A stretch of 64,000 bases of DNA from a virus: positions 91,387 through 155,386 of IMG/VR virus record IMGVR_UViG_3300017989_000003; one strand, 5' to 3'. Position numbers and translations under genes: made by a program. The notes under the pieces were generated by a model. The model was not told the DNA's origin, made no database searches, and saw only the letters and a list, made by a program, of their open reading frames with translations. Position 1 is the first letter of the stretch. The number at the start of each line of letters is the position of its first letter. Below, piece by piece: positions 1-9,286 of this stretch.

Positions 1-92
1 CGGAATAGCTAGTGAAGTGGGTTACTTTACAGGGAGCGTAATGTCTCCTATCAGTTATTTTGTTGTTAATCTATTTAACAGGAGGGCTAGAC

Positions 93-560
93 ATGTATCT
101 AGGAGCTTATGCGAAAGTAGTAGTCGGTGATAAAAACACACTAGACACGATTATAAAATCGTGTAACAGCTGTGACTACACAAGTGAAGATAAACTTCAC
201 ATATATTGTCCAAAGTGCGGGGACAAGCTGGTGAAAGATGTACGTAGTACTCCGTTAGACGTAATGGAATTTATAGAAAGCATTGATATAAACGACGTCA
301 CAGAGAAAAACGTATATTTCTTATTTTATGGCGATTCAAACGATGAATACGATGAGGTGTTTTATATCATCAATGATGACGAATCAACTGGTGATGATAT
401 GGATACCACAGATACGTACGAAATAACGCAAGAATTCATGAACATTAAAATGGAAAGATTCAAAGAAATCTATAACAAGTACCTGAAGGATAAGTTAAAG
501 AGATTCTCCGTGGAATTCAAGTTTGGATTTGTAAATACCATAAATGGTGGTATTTCGTAA
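93..560 (+). CDS. hypothetical protein with Zn-ribbon (CxxC...CPKC)
   Basis: ORF; start moved to ATG 93 behind GGAGG. Confidence 0.75.
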   Translation: MYLGAYAKVVVGDKNTLDTIIKSCNSCDYTSEDKLHIYCPKCGDKLVKDVRSTPLDVMEFIESIDINDVTEKNVYFLFYGDSNDEYDEVFYIINDDESTGDDMDTTDTYEITQEFMNIKMERFKEIYNKYLKDKLKRFSVEFKFGFVNTINGGIS

Positions 561-580
561 TTTTAATATGGAGGTGTCTT

Positions 581-1066
581 ATGAAAATTGCTGTGGTTTT
601 AGAATTTAGTGACTTAACTCCTGAAAAAAAAGAGGAGGTCATACAGAGAGTCACTAATGAAATGGTATGTGCTGAGCTTGATATACTTTTCGAGTCAGTT
701 AGGGCAGGCGAAATTTCTGAGGATGAAGCCTACGAGACAATCGGCTGTTCGAAGGAGTATGCTTCTTCTACTCCTTGGTTTGTTCCCAGCGTATACTATG
801 AGAACAACAAGGAAAAAGTCGACAAGGCTGTTAATGGGTTTATTAACAGCCGTGTTTTCGACAAAAACGGAGAGGCTATTGCTGTAGATTTGAACGATGA
901 TTCCATAGTAGATATCTGGGAATCATTGTGCACAGTAGTGTCTAATTTAGACCCAGCTGTATATCACGACAAAGGGATGAGAGAGACTATAAAGAAAGAC
1001 CTAGAGAACGTACTGAGGATATTAAATAAAGAGTTTAATATACCTGAGGTGCCAGATGGAAATTAA
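581..1066 (+). CDS. hypothetical protein
   Basis: ORF with GGAGGT RBS. Confidence 0.8.
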   Translation: MKIAVVLEFSDLTPEKKEEVIQRVTNEMVCAELDILFESVRAGEISEDEAYETIGCSKEYASSTPWFVPSVYYENNKEKVDKAVNGFINSRVFDKNGEAIAVDLNDDSIVDIWESLCTVVSNLDPAVYHDKGMRETIKKDLENVLRILNKEFNIPEVPDGN

Positions 1067-1358
1067 GCAGCTCTCATTCCCTTTTGGTTTAAGGGAAAGT
1101 CTCAGTAATAGACTAATAGGACACTACCCGATAATATCAAAAACCAAACTGTTCGAAGAAATACGGGGTCTGGTTAGGAACTTTTATAAGTTTGGTGGTG
1201 CCTACTATTCACTCCATGCTGCATCTGAGGCGATAGAAGCATATATAGATTACAAAAATGTAAGCGCTCCTTTTGAAGTTGATATGTTGGATGCAGACGA
1301 CGTGCTGTACAACATAATACTCAAGAGAGTCAGGGCATGGAGAGGTAATCCTAAATGA
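1056..1358 (+). CDS. hypothetical protein, N-terminal QLSFPF clamp-binding-like motif
   Basis: ORF with GAGGT RBS, overlaps upstream gene. Confidence 0.75.
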   Translation: MEIKQLSFPFGLRESLSNRLIGHYPIISKTKLFEEIRGLVRNFYKFGGAYYSLHAASEAIEAYIDYKNVSAPFEVDMLDADDVLYNIILKRVRAWRGNPK

Positions 1359-1702
1359 GGGGGTTTGTGATGAAACAACTAGAATTTAAGTTTGTACAGA
1401 CAGGTATGTACAGAGTCGTCTACGAACTCTGTAAAGAGTGGATAGACGGTACGCTATCCTTTCATACAGAGTCGTTTCGATGCCGTATTAAACGTATTAT
1501 TCGTAAGTACTATATAGTTACAAAGTCACAGGAGGAAGCTCTTATTACAATAAGTAAGAGTATCATGAATAGACTAATGAGTTCTAAAGATTTTGTGACT
1601 AACAACATAAGAAAAGTAACTTCAGTTACGGTTGAAACTATAGAGCTATTTGTCACGTTTCAAAAGACAGGAACAACAAATGAAATCAAAAATAAATATT
1701 AA
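1355..1702 (+). CDS. hypothetical protein, N-terminal QLEFKF motif (start may be 1370)
   Basis: ORF in operon context. Confidence 0.7.
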   Translation: MRGFVMKQLEFKFVQTGMYRVVYELCKEWIDGTLSFHTESFRCRIKRIIRKYYIVTKSQEEALITISKSIMNRLMSSKDFVTNNIRKVTSVTVETIELFVTFQKTGTTNEIKNKY

Positions 1703-2039
1703 TATATGTAAAGTCTGTGGTATGCCGTGTTGTAAATTCGATAAGGACAGGACGCGTACGGATTTTATACTGTTGACGCAGAATGAATGTGAAGCGTTGC
1801 GACCTGAGCATAAAACAACAAGGTTTGGTGTTATAGTCAACAGGTGCGGATTCAGGGTGCGTTTACGGATAGTAAACGATGATGGGGATAAGCAATGTCC
1901 CTATTTGTCAGACACAGGTACATGTATGATAGCCTACGCACTTCCTAGTACATGAGTGGATTTTATAGAAAACTGTAGTAAGTACTTGCAGTTAAGTAAG
2001 GAATCAAAAGTAACCCCGTTATTCTTTTGGAGGAGATGA
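1680..2039 (+). CDS. YkgJ-like cysteine-cluster protein with in-frame TGA (1953-1955)
   Basis: CxxCxxxCC and CPYL motifs; colinear with paralog 4579..4926 past the TGA; read-through ends 1 nt before next ATG. Confidence 0.7.
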
Positions 2040-2040
2040 G

Positions 2041-2313
2041 ATGAATTTATTCATAAATACAAAGTACGTATGGAAAAATGGGTTTAATAAAACCAAGTCG
2101 GGTGTGATGGTTAATCCTAGGTTATTCTACTTACTATTGGATTACGTCAGGTATATAATTAATGTTGATATTAGTCATTTAGTGACGTCAGTTGTTTACC
2201 GTTTTTACAGTGATGAGATGAGTTGTCCATCACAGAACTACGTATCATTCCTCAATAGGATTGAGAACATGATTACCAGTATTAAGTACACGACGGGGGT
2301 ATGCTATGGCTAA
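2041..2313 (+). CDS. hypothetical protein
   Basis: ORF with GGAGG RBS. Confidence 0.7.
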   Translation: MNLFINTKYVWKNGFNKTKSGVMVNPRLFYLLLDYVRYIINVDISHLVTSVVYRFYSDEMSCPSQNYVSFLNRIENMITSIKYTTGVCYG

Positions 2314-2572
2314 GATTTCGCAGAAACGAGTAAAGGAGCTACAAGACAAAGAAAATAAAGCAGAAGAAAGGAAACAAACATTTCTAGCGTACTCTAATAA
2401 GTTAGAACGTGAGGGTATAAATATAAAAAATTCACTGCATTTATACTCTGAGGACTTTCCAGAGTCAATAGAAGCGTACGTTAAGATGTTGATTAGTAAA
2501 AAAGTAGCTGAACGTATAATACAGGTAGCTAGGGATATTAGCGCCATTGCCTGTGACATTCCGTTAGAATGA
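2306..2572 (+). CDS. hypothetical protein
   Basis: ORF overlapping upstream stop. Confidence 0.7.
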   Translation: MAKISQKRVKELQDKENKAEERKQTFLAYSNKLEREGINIKNSLHLYSEDFPESIEAYVKMLISKKVAERIIQVARDISAIACDIPLE

Positions 2573-2968
2573 TAAAATGGTGTCCAGTCAGGTATAAGAC
2601 ACCATTAATTAATTAACTGTATAGACACCTCATAAAGCAAAAAATGCGTGTCCAGTCAGGTATATAGGATTAATTCTATGTATTTGGTAAAAGGATACGC
2701 ATTTTTGCGTTACATGCGGGCGGGCGCATTAGGTGCATGTGTGAAACAATTATTTGAACACGCAAGAGTACTCACGTATGTACGTGTGAAACAGTTATTT
2801 GATTTCAGGTACATACGCAGGAAAGCTACGAGTAATTCAAGCTGTTGTTTTCAAACATAATCTCCTTTTAGCATATAGCTATTTGCTCCATATTTCACGC
2901 AGGAACCATTTTATGGCATTAATCCATATGAAAGTATGCTTTTTGACGAAAAAGCTAAAATAATGGCA

Positions 2969-3001
2969 AATTTACAAGATTTACATTTTCTATATAACTA
3001 T
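2969..3001 (+). promoter_or_regulatory. promoter-like 33-mer (TTTACA-N16-TATAAC), near-identical to 6276..6308
   Basis: 29/33 identity between the two copies; both lie upstream of + genes. Confidence 0.6.
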
Positions 3002-3058
3002 GTAGAGCGATAAGGAAGTCGCTTAAATTTCTAAAACTTTTTTCAAAAGAGGTGTACT

Positions 3059-3262
3059 ATGTCAGAAATCATCATCGGTAAGAACGTAAAAGCAAAAATC
3101 GAAAAAAACATTCTTACCATCAAAGTTGATTTATCTCAGGATTTCGGTGACACGAAATCAGGTAAGTCGATTTCGATTGGCACTACTGGTGCCCCAGCTA
3201 CAATCGATAACAATGGAGAGCAGATTTCGGTCGGACTCAATGTCTACAAGCCGAAAAGCTAA
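3059..3262 (+). CDS. small hypothetical protein (SGKS motif)
   Basis: ORF with GAGGT RBS, followed by terminator. Confidence 0.8.
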   Translation: MSEIIIGKNVKAKIEKNILTIKVDLSQDFGDTKSGKSISIGTTGAPATIDNNGEQISVGLNVYKPKS

Positions 3263-3288
3263 ACGAGTAAACTGAACTGCTGAACAAG

Positions 3289-3326
3289 AGTAGCACGAAG
3301 CTGTTTTCGTGCTACTCACTTTTTTT
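3289..3326 (+). terminator. intrinsic terminator
   Basis: GAGTAGCACGAA/TTCGTGCTACTC stem followed by T-run. Confidence 0.8.
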
Positions 3327-3348
3327 GAAATTCTTACATAGGTGTATC

Positions 3349-3717
3349 ATGAAAGAATTAACTTTAACTGAACTATTGGATAAAGAGACAGAATTGATAG
3401 TGTACTTCAGGAAGCACATGCTGGTTCTGATTTCTGAGAATAAGAAGAAAAAATCTCAGAATAACAGAACGACCAGAACTGTGAAAACTAGTTCTGGTAA
3501 ACTGAGAAGGTACAGAGTTTTCTTCGGGGCGAACCGTCGACCTGATTTCGATGTTTCAAACCCGACAGAAAAAGACTTTAGATTCAAAACAGTAAATAGC
3601 AGTTCCAGATTATTTAGCTCAAAAGAGCTAACTGAGGAACTGATAAGAATTCTTACTTACCATTCAACAGAGGTGTATTATGTTAGCATTAAACATATCA
3701 CAGCACGAGCCAACTGA
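3349..3717 (+). CDS. hypothetical basic protein
   Basis: ORF; ATG 3349 behind AGGTG. Confidence 0.65.
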   Translation: MKELTLTELLDKETELIVYFRKHMLVLISENKKKKSQNNRTTRTVKTSSGKLRRYRVFFGANRRPDFDVSNPTEKDFRFKTVNSSSRLFSSKELTEELIRILTYHSTEVYYVSIKHITARAN

Positions 3718-4048
3718 GTTACAGGTGCTCAGTGGCTTAATGGAGCTGAATAAGAGCGACGTCACAAGTATGAAGAAGCTTCTGACGTTTGACGAGGCTC
3801 CAGATATTTCAGAAATGAAAAATCGTGCAGAACAGCTTGTAAAAATTTGCGCCAACAACTACAACTTGAAAGTAGTTATGCTGGCACCAGCCCCGTTCTT
3901 CACATCAATTCTCGAGAATACTTTCAAAGAAAATGGGTACAAAGTTGTGTATTCGTTTTCTCAGCGAAAGTCCGTCGAGAAAAAAATGCCTGATGGAACC
4001 GTCAAAAAAGTAAATGTTTTCGAATTTCAAGATTTCATAGAGGTATAG
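3680..4048 (+). CDS. Csx20/Csx15-like small protein, candidate ring nuclease
   Basis: N-terminal LNISQHxxTxxQ and C-terminal YSFSxRxSxE...DGxVxKxxxF motifs. Confidence 0.5.
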   Translation: MLALNISQHEPTELQVLSGLMELNKSDVTSMKKLLTFDEAPDISEMKNRAEQLVKICANNYNLKVVMLAPAPFFTSILENTFKENGYKVVYSFSQRKSVEKKMPDGTVKKVNVFEFQDFIEV

Positions 4049-4049
4049 T

Positions 4050-4128
4050 ACAACATGTTGTGGTGTGTAGTATACAAAATACTACTACACCGTTACTGGT
4101 TGCAAAATACCCCTTGACAAAATTGACA
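4050..4128 (+). repeat. extended dispersed repeat copy (NrdR-box-like palindrome + GTTACYGGTTGCA + CCCCTTGACA)
   Basis: Colinear with inverted copy 9217..9286. Confidence 0.75.
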
Positions 4129-4129
4129 A

Positions 4130-4501
4130 ATGGAGGGAAAAACAATGGACTTTAACGAGATTTCTGAAAACAATGAACTTGCTCAGAATCACATAAACGA
4201 GCAAAGTTCCACTGAAATAAATGATTTCGTAGATTTCTTGGAAGCTGTTGAGAAAATCATCGAAGGTGAATCTCACAGCTCATTCGTTTTACGAATTCCA
4301 CTGGATGACATTAGATTAAAAAAACTCGAACAGGCACTGAAAGATGTTGATTTGGCGATAAACGCCAATCAACTCTACTGCCACAAAGGATGTGGCAGTA
4401 GAATCCTCTGGTTCGGCACCGCTGTCGGTGCCGAAACGTTTACCTGCGGTAAATGCACCGCCAGAGTAAATGTAAACCCCCCGTTGAGAAGAAAAAATTA
4501 A
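4130..4501 (+). CDS. hypothetical protein, C-terminal Zn-ribbon
   Basis: ORF; CxxxC...CxxC. Confidence 0.7.
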   Translation: MEGKTMDFNEISENNELAQNHINEQSSTEINDFVDFLEAVEKIIEGESHSSFVLRIPLDDIRLKKLEQALKDVDLAINANQLYCHKGCGSRILWFGTAVGAETFTCGKCTARVNVNPPLRRKN

Positions 4502-4527
4502 CATGCAATTGGCATGATACACCTAGT

Positions 4528-4562
4528 GAGAGTCTAGCCCTAGTGGCTAGACTCTCTTGTTG
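4528..4562 (+). terminator. hairpin/terminator
   Basis: GAGAGTCTAGCC/GGCTAGACTCTC stem. Confidence 0.65.
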
Positions 4563-4578
4563 TATTTAAGGAGGAACT

Positions 4579-4926
4579 ATGGATGATATGGATATATGCG
4601 AAGTTTGCGGCATGGAATGCTGTAGATTTAAGGATAGAACCAGAAAGGGGTTCATACACATCCACGGTGAAGTGTATGAGAAGCTACTCCCTGAGCATCA
4701 AGGCGAATACTATGGAGAAACTCGGGACCATGGTTTCAGGGTATTTCTAATAGAAAAGGGCGACTTGTTGGTTTGCCCATATCTATCTGATGATATGAAA
4801 TCTTGTAAAATCAGTTATTGTCCTCCACGGACATGTTTGGAGTTCATAAGGAGCTGCGGGAAAGCTAAGCAGATAGTCGCTGAGTTACCGTTATTTATTA
4901 AACTGAAAGGAAAAAATGAAAAATAG
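4579..4926 (+). CDS. YkgJ-like cysteine-cluster (Fe-S/Zn) protein
   Basis: CxxCxxxCC, CPYL..C.I...PxxCxxF motifs; AGGAGG RBS. Confidence 0.8.
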   Translation: MDDMDICEVCGMECCRFKDRTRKGFIHIHGEVYEKLLPEHQGEYYGETRDHGFRVFLIEKGDLLVCPYLSDDMKSCKISYCPPRTCLEFIRSCGKAKQIVAELPLFIKLKGKNEK

Positions 4927-5143
4927 CCTAATCGTCGTCAACTTCAACGGTAGGAACCGCATTTTAGAAATCCTCCGTGATATATTCCATCAGGTCGTTT
5001 TCGATTATGTATCAGACTACAGAGGTGAACGAGCAAAGTTCACTATATTCTGTGTCGGCGAACCAGCTGAAATCGGGCTGTTAAAATCATATTGTCATAC
5101 TCTAGCCAGATATGACAATGACGTATTGGAGTATGTGGCATAA
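4916..5143 (+). CDS. hypothetical protein
   Basis: ORF. Confidence 0.65.
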   Translation: MKNSLIVVNFNGRNRILEILRDIFHQVVFDYVSDYRGERAKFTIFCVGEPAEIGLLKSYCHTLARYDNDVLEYVA

Positions 5144-5145
5144 CA

Positions 5146-5577
5146 TTGTCCAATCGGGTATATAACATTGTGAGGTTACAAATGACAGAAAAACATAATG
5201 AAGTGAATATGGCGTTGTATCATCTGGCAAAATTGATGCAATACTGCCAGACAACTAAAATAGAGGAAGTACCCTCTGTTTCAGACACTCCATTAAATAT
5301 AAGTATTCACTTAATCAGATGGATAGAGCTATTATTTATTGGAATAAGCTATGAACTGGCTTTTCCAGAACAGGTTAAGAAAAGGAACGGGGGATTATTA
5401 GTACATCTGAAAGATTTGCCGAATATTGAAAAATTTAGAGGGAAAAAGAAAGTCGAAAAGGCAATCTGGATTTATAAGAAGTATAATAATCCCAAACACC
5501 CAATAGCAGTGGATTTATATTATATGGATTGCATCCCTGAGATAAGGGATTTTGAAAAAGAGTATTTCGGTAAATAA
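5146..5577 (+). CDS. hypothetical protein (start may be 5182)
   Basis: ORF. Confidence 0.65.
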   Translation: MSNRVYNIVRLQMTEKHNEVNMALYHLAKLMQYCQTTKIEEVPSVSDTPLNISIHLIRWIELLFIGISYELAFPEQVKKRNGGLLVHLKDLPNIEKFRGKKKVEKAIWIYKKYNNPKHPIAVDLYYMDCIPEIRDFEKEYFGK

Positions 5578-5612
5578 ATACTGTCCAATCGCAAACCTAT
5601 GGAGGTGGTTAT

Positions 5613-5867
5613 ATGAGAATAACTAGACACAAACCTAGCAACTTATATCCTAGAGGTTGCATTACAAAGCGAAATACAATTGTAGTTCGTTCTATGGATG
5701 AACTCTATAAGATACTAATAGGTATCTTTCAAGTTCCAACAATCGCAGTAGATACTTTAGTTCATAAATTAGAAAAGATTGGGATTGTAGAAATACATCA
5801 TTATAATCACAATATGAATACGTGGTTTGATTATATGTTTATCAAATCACATAACTTCAGATACTAA
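5613..5867 (+). CDS. hypothetical protein
   Basis: ORF with GGAGGT RBS. Confidence 0.7.
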   Translation: MRITRHKPSNLYPRGCITKRNTIVVRSMDELYKILIGIFQVPTIAVDTLVHKLEKIGIVEIHHYNHNMNTWFDYMFIKSHNFRY

Positions 5868-6275
5868 TAGTGTCCAGTCGGATACATAATGAAATATAAT
5901 ATACTGTCCAGTCGGACATAATGGGTATAAAGTAGTGTCCAGTCAGGCATTGCTTTATACCCGTTTTGTATATATACACACATGCGTACGTACGTATGTG
6001 AAGAATATAGGTAAAGGGAATCGAACTACGAGCATAGAGAATAGAATTAGTTATTAATCGGATTAGATTATTATTAACTTGCGATATGTATTGGTTTTTA
6101 CTAATCTGATAAAATGAGTATTTTATCAAATACTGGTACGAGTATAGAGTTGTCTGCGCCTATCTCGCAAGGGTTTATTGCCAGTTGTAAAGCAAAAAAA
6201 AACTAGTGGAATTTGTCAAAAAAATACGATTTTTACTTGAATTTTGATTAGTTTTTTACTAATATATTATTAGCT

Positions 6276-6308
6276 AATTTACATGATTTGAAATTTCTAT
6301 ATAACTAT
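6276..6308 (+). promoter_or_regulatory. promoter-like 33-mer upstream of sigma factor
   Basis: Near-identical to 2969..3001. Confidence 0.6.
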
Positions 6309-6347
6309 ATAACAAAAAAGATTTCTTTTAATTAAAAGAGTAAAAAC

Positions 6348-6938
6348 ATGCAAAAAAAGAAATACACTAATAATTATGAAGTATCACTAAAAAACTATGA
6401 CTTGATTTTTAGTGAAAACAAAAATCAAGTGTACAAAGTGATAATAGCTAAATCTAGATTATTCGGATTTAGTTATTTTGAGGATTTTTTACAATTGACT
6501 AGAATTGCTTTATTTGAAGCAATCGAAACATACGATGAAACTAGGTCTGCTTTTAATACTTGGTTTTACATTGTACAATCAAAGCATATTGAAATATATA
6601 TCCGTACATTTATTAAGCGAGAGAAATCATTTTCTAATACTATTAATGATAATAATGAAAGTGATAACGAAAATCCAAGTCAATTTCAAATACCAGTTTT
6701 TGATTTTGATTTAGCGGATTTAGAATATAGGAATTTAAGAATATTAAAGTTTAAGAAATTGTTAAAAGCATCGACCACGCCGTACGAGCGTCGATTGCTT
6801 TATATGAATATTGTCGATGAGTTAAACCAACAAGAGATTGCTAATTCATTAAATGTTTCAAGGCAAACCATTTCAATAAGGATACAACGGGCGATAGCCA
6901 AGATACGAGAGTCCGCTTGGTTATATGATTTAAGATAG
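6348..6938 (+). CDS. sigma-70 family RNA polymerase sigma factor (regions 2 and 4)
   Basis: EDFLQ...ALFEAIETYD...FNTW (region 2); NQQEIANSLNVSRQTI...RAIAKIR HTH (region 4). Confidence 0.85.
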   Translation: MQKKKYTNNYEVSLKNYDLIFSENKNQVYKVIIAKSRLFGFSYFEDFLQLTRIALFEAIETYDETRSAFNTWFYIVQSKHIEIYIRTFIKREKSFSNTINDNNESDNENPSQFQIPVFDFDLADLEYRNLRILKFKKLLKASTTPYERRLLYMNIVDELNQQEIANSLNVSRQTISIRIQRAIAKIRESAWLYDLR

Positions 6939-7051
6939 TGATTCTCAATTTTACAGTAAAGGTTTTTGTTTTTTAAGATTTAAGATTTCTAAATTTAACT
7001 TTTGACAATTGACCATCTGTACAGTTGTCAATACAAAAATGAGGTGTTATC

Positions 7052-8446
7052 ATGCGAAAAAATTCCAAAACCAATTCCAAAACCAATTCCAAAACCAATT
7101 CCAAAACCAATTCCAAAACCAAAACTGACAAACCGAAAACCGAAATCAAAACCGAAAAAACTGAAACAAATGAAATTCAAGTCTTTGAAAACATGATTTC
7201 AGATTTTCGAAAATCTGAAAAGAAAGTGGAAATTGTAAATTTACCGATTACAATTTTTGAGAAAATATCGGGGTTAAAGCCCGATAGTCAATTGTCAAGG
7301 TTTGATAGTTTGAAGAAAAATTCAAAGAAAAAAGACGACTTGAGCCAGTGTACGAGCTCAAGCCAATTGCCTGCAATAACAATTCAAATTTCACAGAATG
7401 ATGTGAAATTGACAGATGGCAATCGTCGGGTTAAATTTTGCTTAAGCAATAAGCAAAATTCTGCTTTTTCACAAATAAAAGCTAGATTAGAAAAGGTAGA
7501 GATATCTGACAGTTGTCTACTTCAGGATTCTAATCTTACTTTTGATTTTCAATCTTTCTTGTACAACTATCTTCTTGCTAGTGAAGAAGATAAAAAATTG
7601 CCAATAGTCAAAAAGCGGATTATTGACATATCTTCCTTTTTAGTCGCTTTTGGATTTATCGAAAGCGTAAAAGACATTGAATCTATGGATTTGCAAAAAG
7701 TCAAATCATTGCCGAAAATCTCAAAATCTTTTCTAGCATTAATGCTGGAAAAGAACTACGAGATAGACGGCAATAAAAAATCTTCCTTAGATTTAATATG
7801 TCGAGTATCGAACGAAAAGAAAACTACAATTCTTAATAGTCTAAAAAAATCAATCAATAAAAAAGACTATTTGTACAGAATTTCATTGCTGTACAATGAA
7901 TTAAAAGAAAAATCGGAAAGTGGTAAAACTGATAAGGAAGATAAAAAATCGGAAAATGGTAAAACTGATAAGGAAGATAAAAAATCAAATAAAAAGAAAG
8001 CTCCTGCCACGAGCAAGAAAGAGTCGAATTACACAAATATCAATAATGATAACTGTGTAACTAATGCTTTGATGCACTCGACTGATACACATATAATATT
8101 TCTGATACTAACGCAATTCGTATTTTGCGAATTGTTCAGAAATAAATATCCTATCCGTACAATTTCAGAAGCAGACATAAGCAACGAGAAAAACATTTTT
8201 GATGATTGTACTGATATAATTAGTGACTATACTGTCACTAATTATAAAGCTGCAATTAAATCATCTAAAAAGAATCTAACTAATATTCGACAGCAATTAA
8301 TCACATGCCAAAAAAATATAGTCGCTAAACAAGATTTAGCGAAAATAGGGTATATTATCAATTATCTAGATGCTTTTATGGAAATAACGACCTTAGATGA
8401 TATTTATGAGTTATTAGGGGTAAAAGAATTAATTTCTAATGAATAA
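7052..8446 (+). CDS. ParB/Srx-like N-terminal domain protein with TNSK repeats
   Basis: PAITI...LTDGNRR motif; 12-nt tandem repeat at 7058-7118; ~33-nt duplication near 7909-7987. Confidence 0.5.
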   Translation: MRKNSKTNSKTNSKTNSKTNSKTKTDKPKTEIKTEKTETNEIQVFENMISDFRKSEKKVEIVNLPITIFEKISGLKPDSQLSRFDSLKKNSKKKDDLSQCTSSSQLPAITIQISQNDVKLTDGNRRVKFCLSNKQNSAFSQIKARLEKVEISDSCLLQDSNLTFDFQSFLYNYLLASEEDKKLPIVKKRIIDISSFLVAFGFIESVKDIESMDLQKVKSLPKISKSFLALMLEKNYEIDGNKKSSLDLICRVSNEKKTTILNSLKKSINKKDYLYRISLLYNELKEKSESGKTDKEDKKSENGKTDKEDKKSNKKKAPATSKKESNYTNINNDNCVTNALMHSTDTHIIFLILTQFVFCELFRNKYPIRTISEADISNEKNIFDDCTDIISDYTVTNYKAAIKSSKKNLTNIRQQLITCQKNIVAKQDLAKIGYIINYLDAFMEITTLDDIYELLGVKELISNE

Positions 8447-8488
8447 TAATAATTTAATGTACAATCGTTAAATTATTTCTCAAAAATA

Positions 8489-8529
8489 AAAAGCGCTAGA
8501 ATCACAAAAAAGATTCTAGCGCTTTTTTT
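8489..8529 (+). terminator. intrinsic terminator (bidirectional-looking)
   Basis: AAAAGCGCTAGAATC/GATTCTAGCGCTTTT. Confidence 0.8.
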
Positions 8530-8577
8530 GTATTTTCACTTTTTGCATTAATCAATCATATATACAATTGATTATAT

Positions 8578-8625
8578 AAAGCTTGTATTTGCTTAGTCTA
8601 TACTTTGCAAATACAAGCTTTTTTT
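8578..8625 (+). terminator. second hairpin/terminator
   Basis: AAAGCTTGTATTTGC/GCAAATACAAGCTTT followed by T-run. Confidence 0.7.
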
Positions 8626-9216
8626 ATTGCTTTCATACTTTAATACTAATAGCATATCTAATAAATTCTAGCGCTAATACAATTAAAATAAAAGTATGTT
8701 GATAAATGAAAAATAAACAATTGTAAATAATTGTATTAGCAAATCTAATGCCAAATATCATATACAATAATACCTAGTCAACTAGTGGATTATCAGCTAA
8801 TCGTATAAATTCACTTGTACAATACAGTATATATTATGATTATGATTTCAACCGATTAGTTAATTATATGATTAGCATTATTGCTTTTTATCAGTATTGA
8901 CAAATGTATGCGCAATGACAAAATAGAAAATAGTAAAATTTCAAATTGACAAAAAGCAATACCGAACCTAAGGCTTAATTGCCAACTGTCAGAGCCACCC
9001 ATACATTTGTCAATTTTGACGGGTGGCGCCCAAGAATGACCACCCCCTCAAGATTTACTGAAAATTCGAATGTCAAGCACTCCACGGTCAAAAATCAGGC
9101 TCACGTCAACCACCTCTCAACACCCGTCCCACAAAGCAGTCACAACAGCCACCATTGCCAAAACAGCCACCCAGGTACTATGGTGAGTAAAAAAATTTTT
9201 GGAAAAAATCTAGGTG

Positions 9217-9286
9217 TGTCAAGGGGTTTTTTGCAACCGGTAACGGCGTAGTATGGTTTTGGGGGTAGTACACCACAACATATAGT
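9217..9286 (-). repeat. extended dispersed repeat copy, inverted relative to 4050..4128
   Basis: Direct comparison. Confidence 0.75.

Larger units (their letters stand above)
2581..5946 (+). repeat. dispersed motif TGTCCARTCR(G), 7 copies (2581, 2649, 5147, 5582, 5871, 5905, 5936)
   Basis: Direct sequence comparison. Confidence 0.75.

Noticed and set aside
2648-2860. Small ORFs in repeat-rich intergenic DNA (also 5857..6129 and 8979..9251)
   Set aside because: No RBS, atypical composition, overlap with regulatory repeats.
5871-5946. Mini CRISPR array
   Set aside because: Repeats are only ~11-20 nt with ~31-34 nt period; no cas genes in the window.
7002-7196. PKPI-repeat ORF
   Set aside because: Alternative frame of the 12-nt repeat; the GAGGTG RBS serves ATG 7052.
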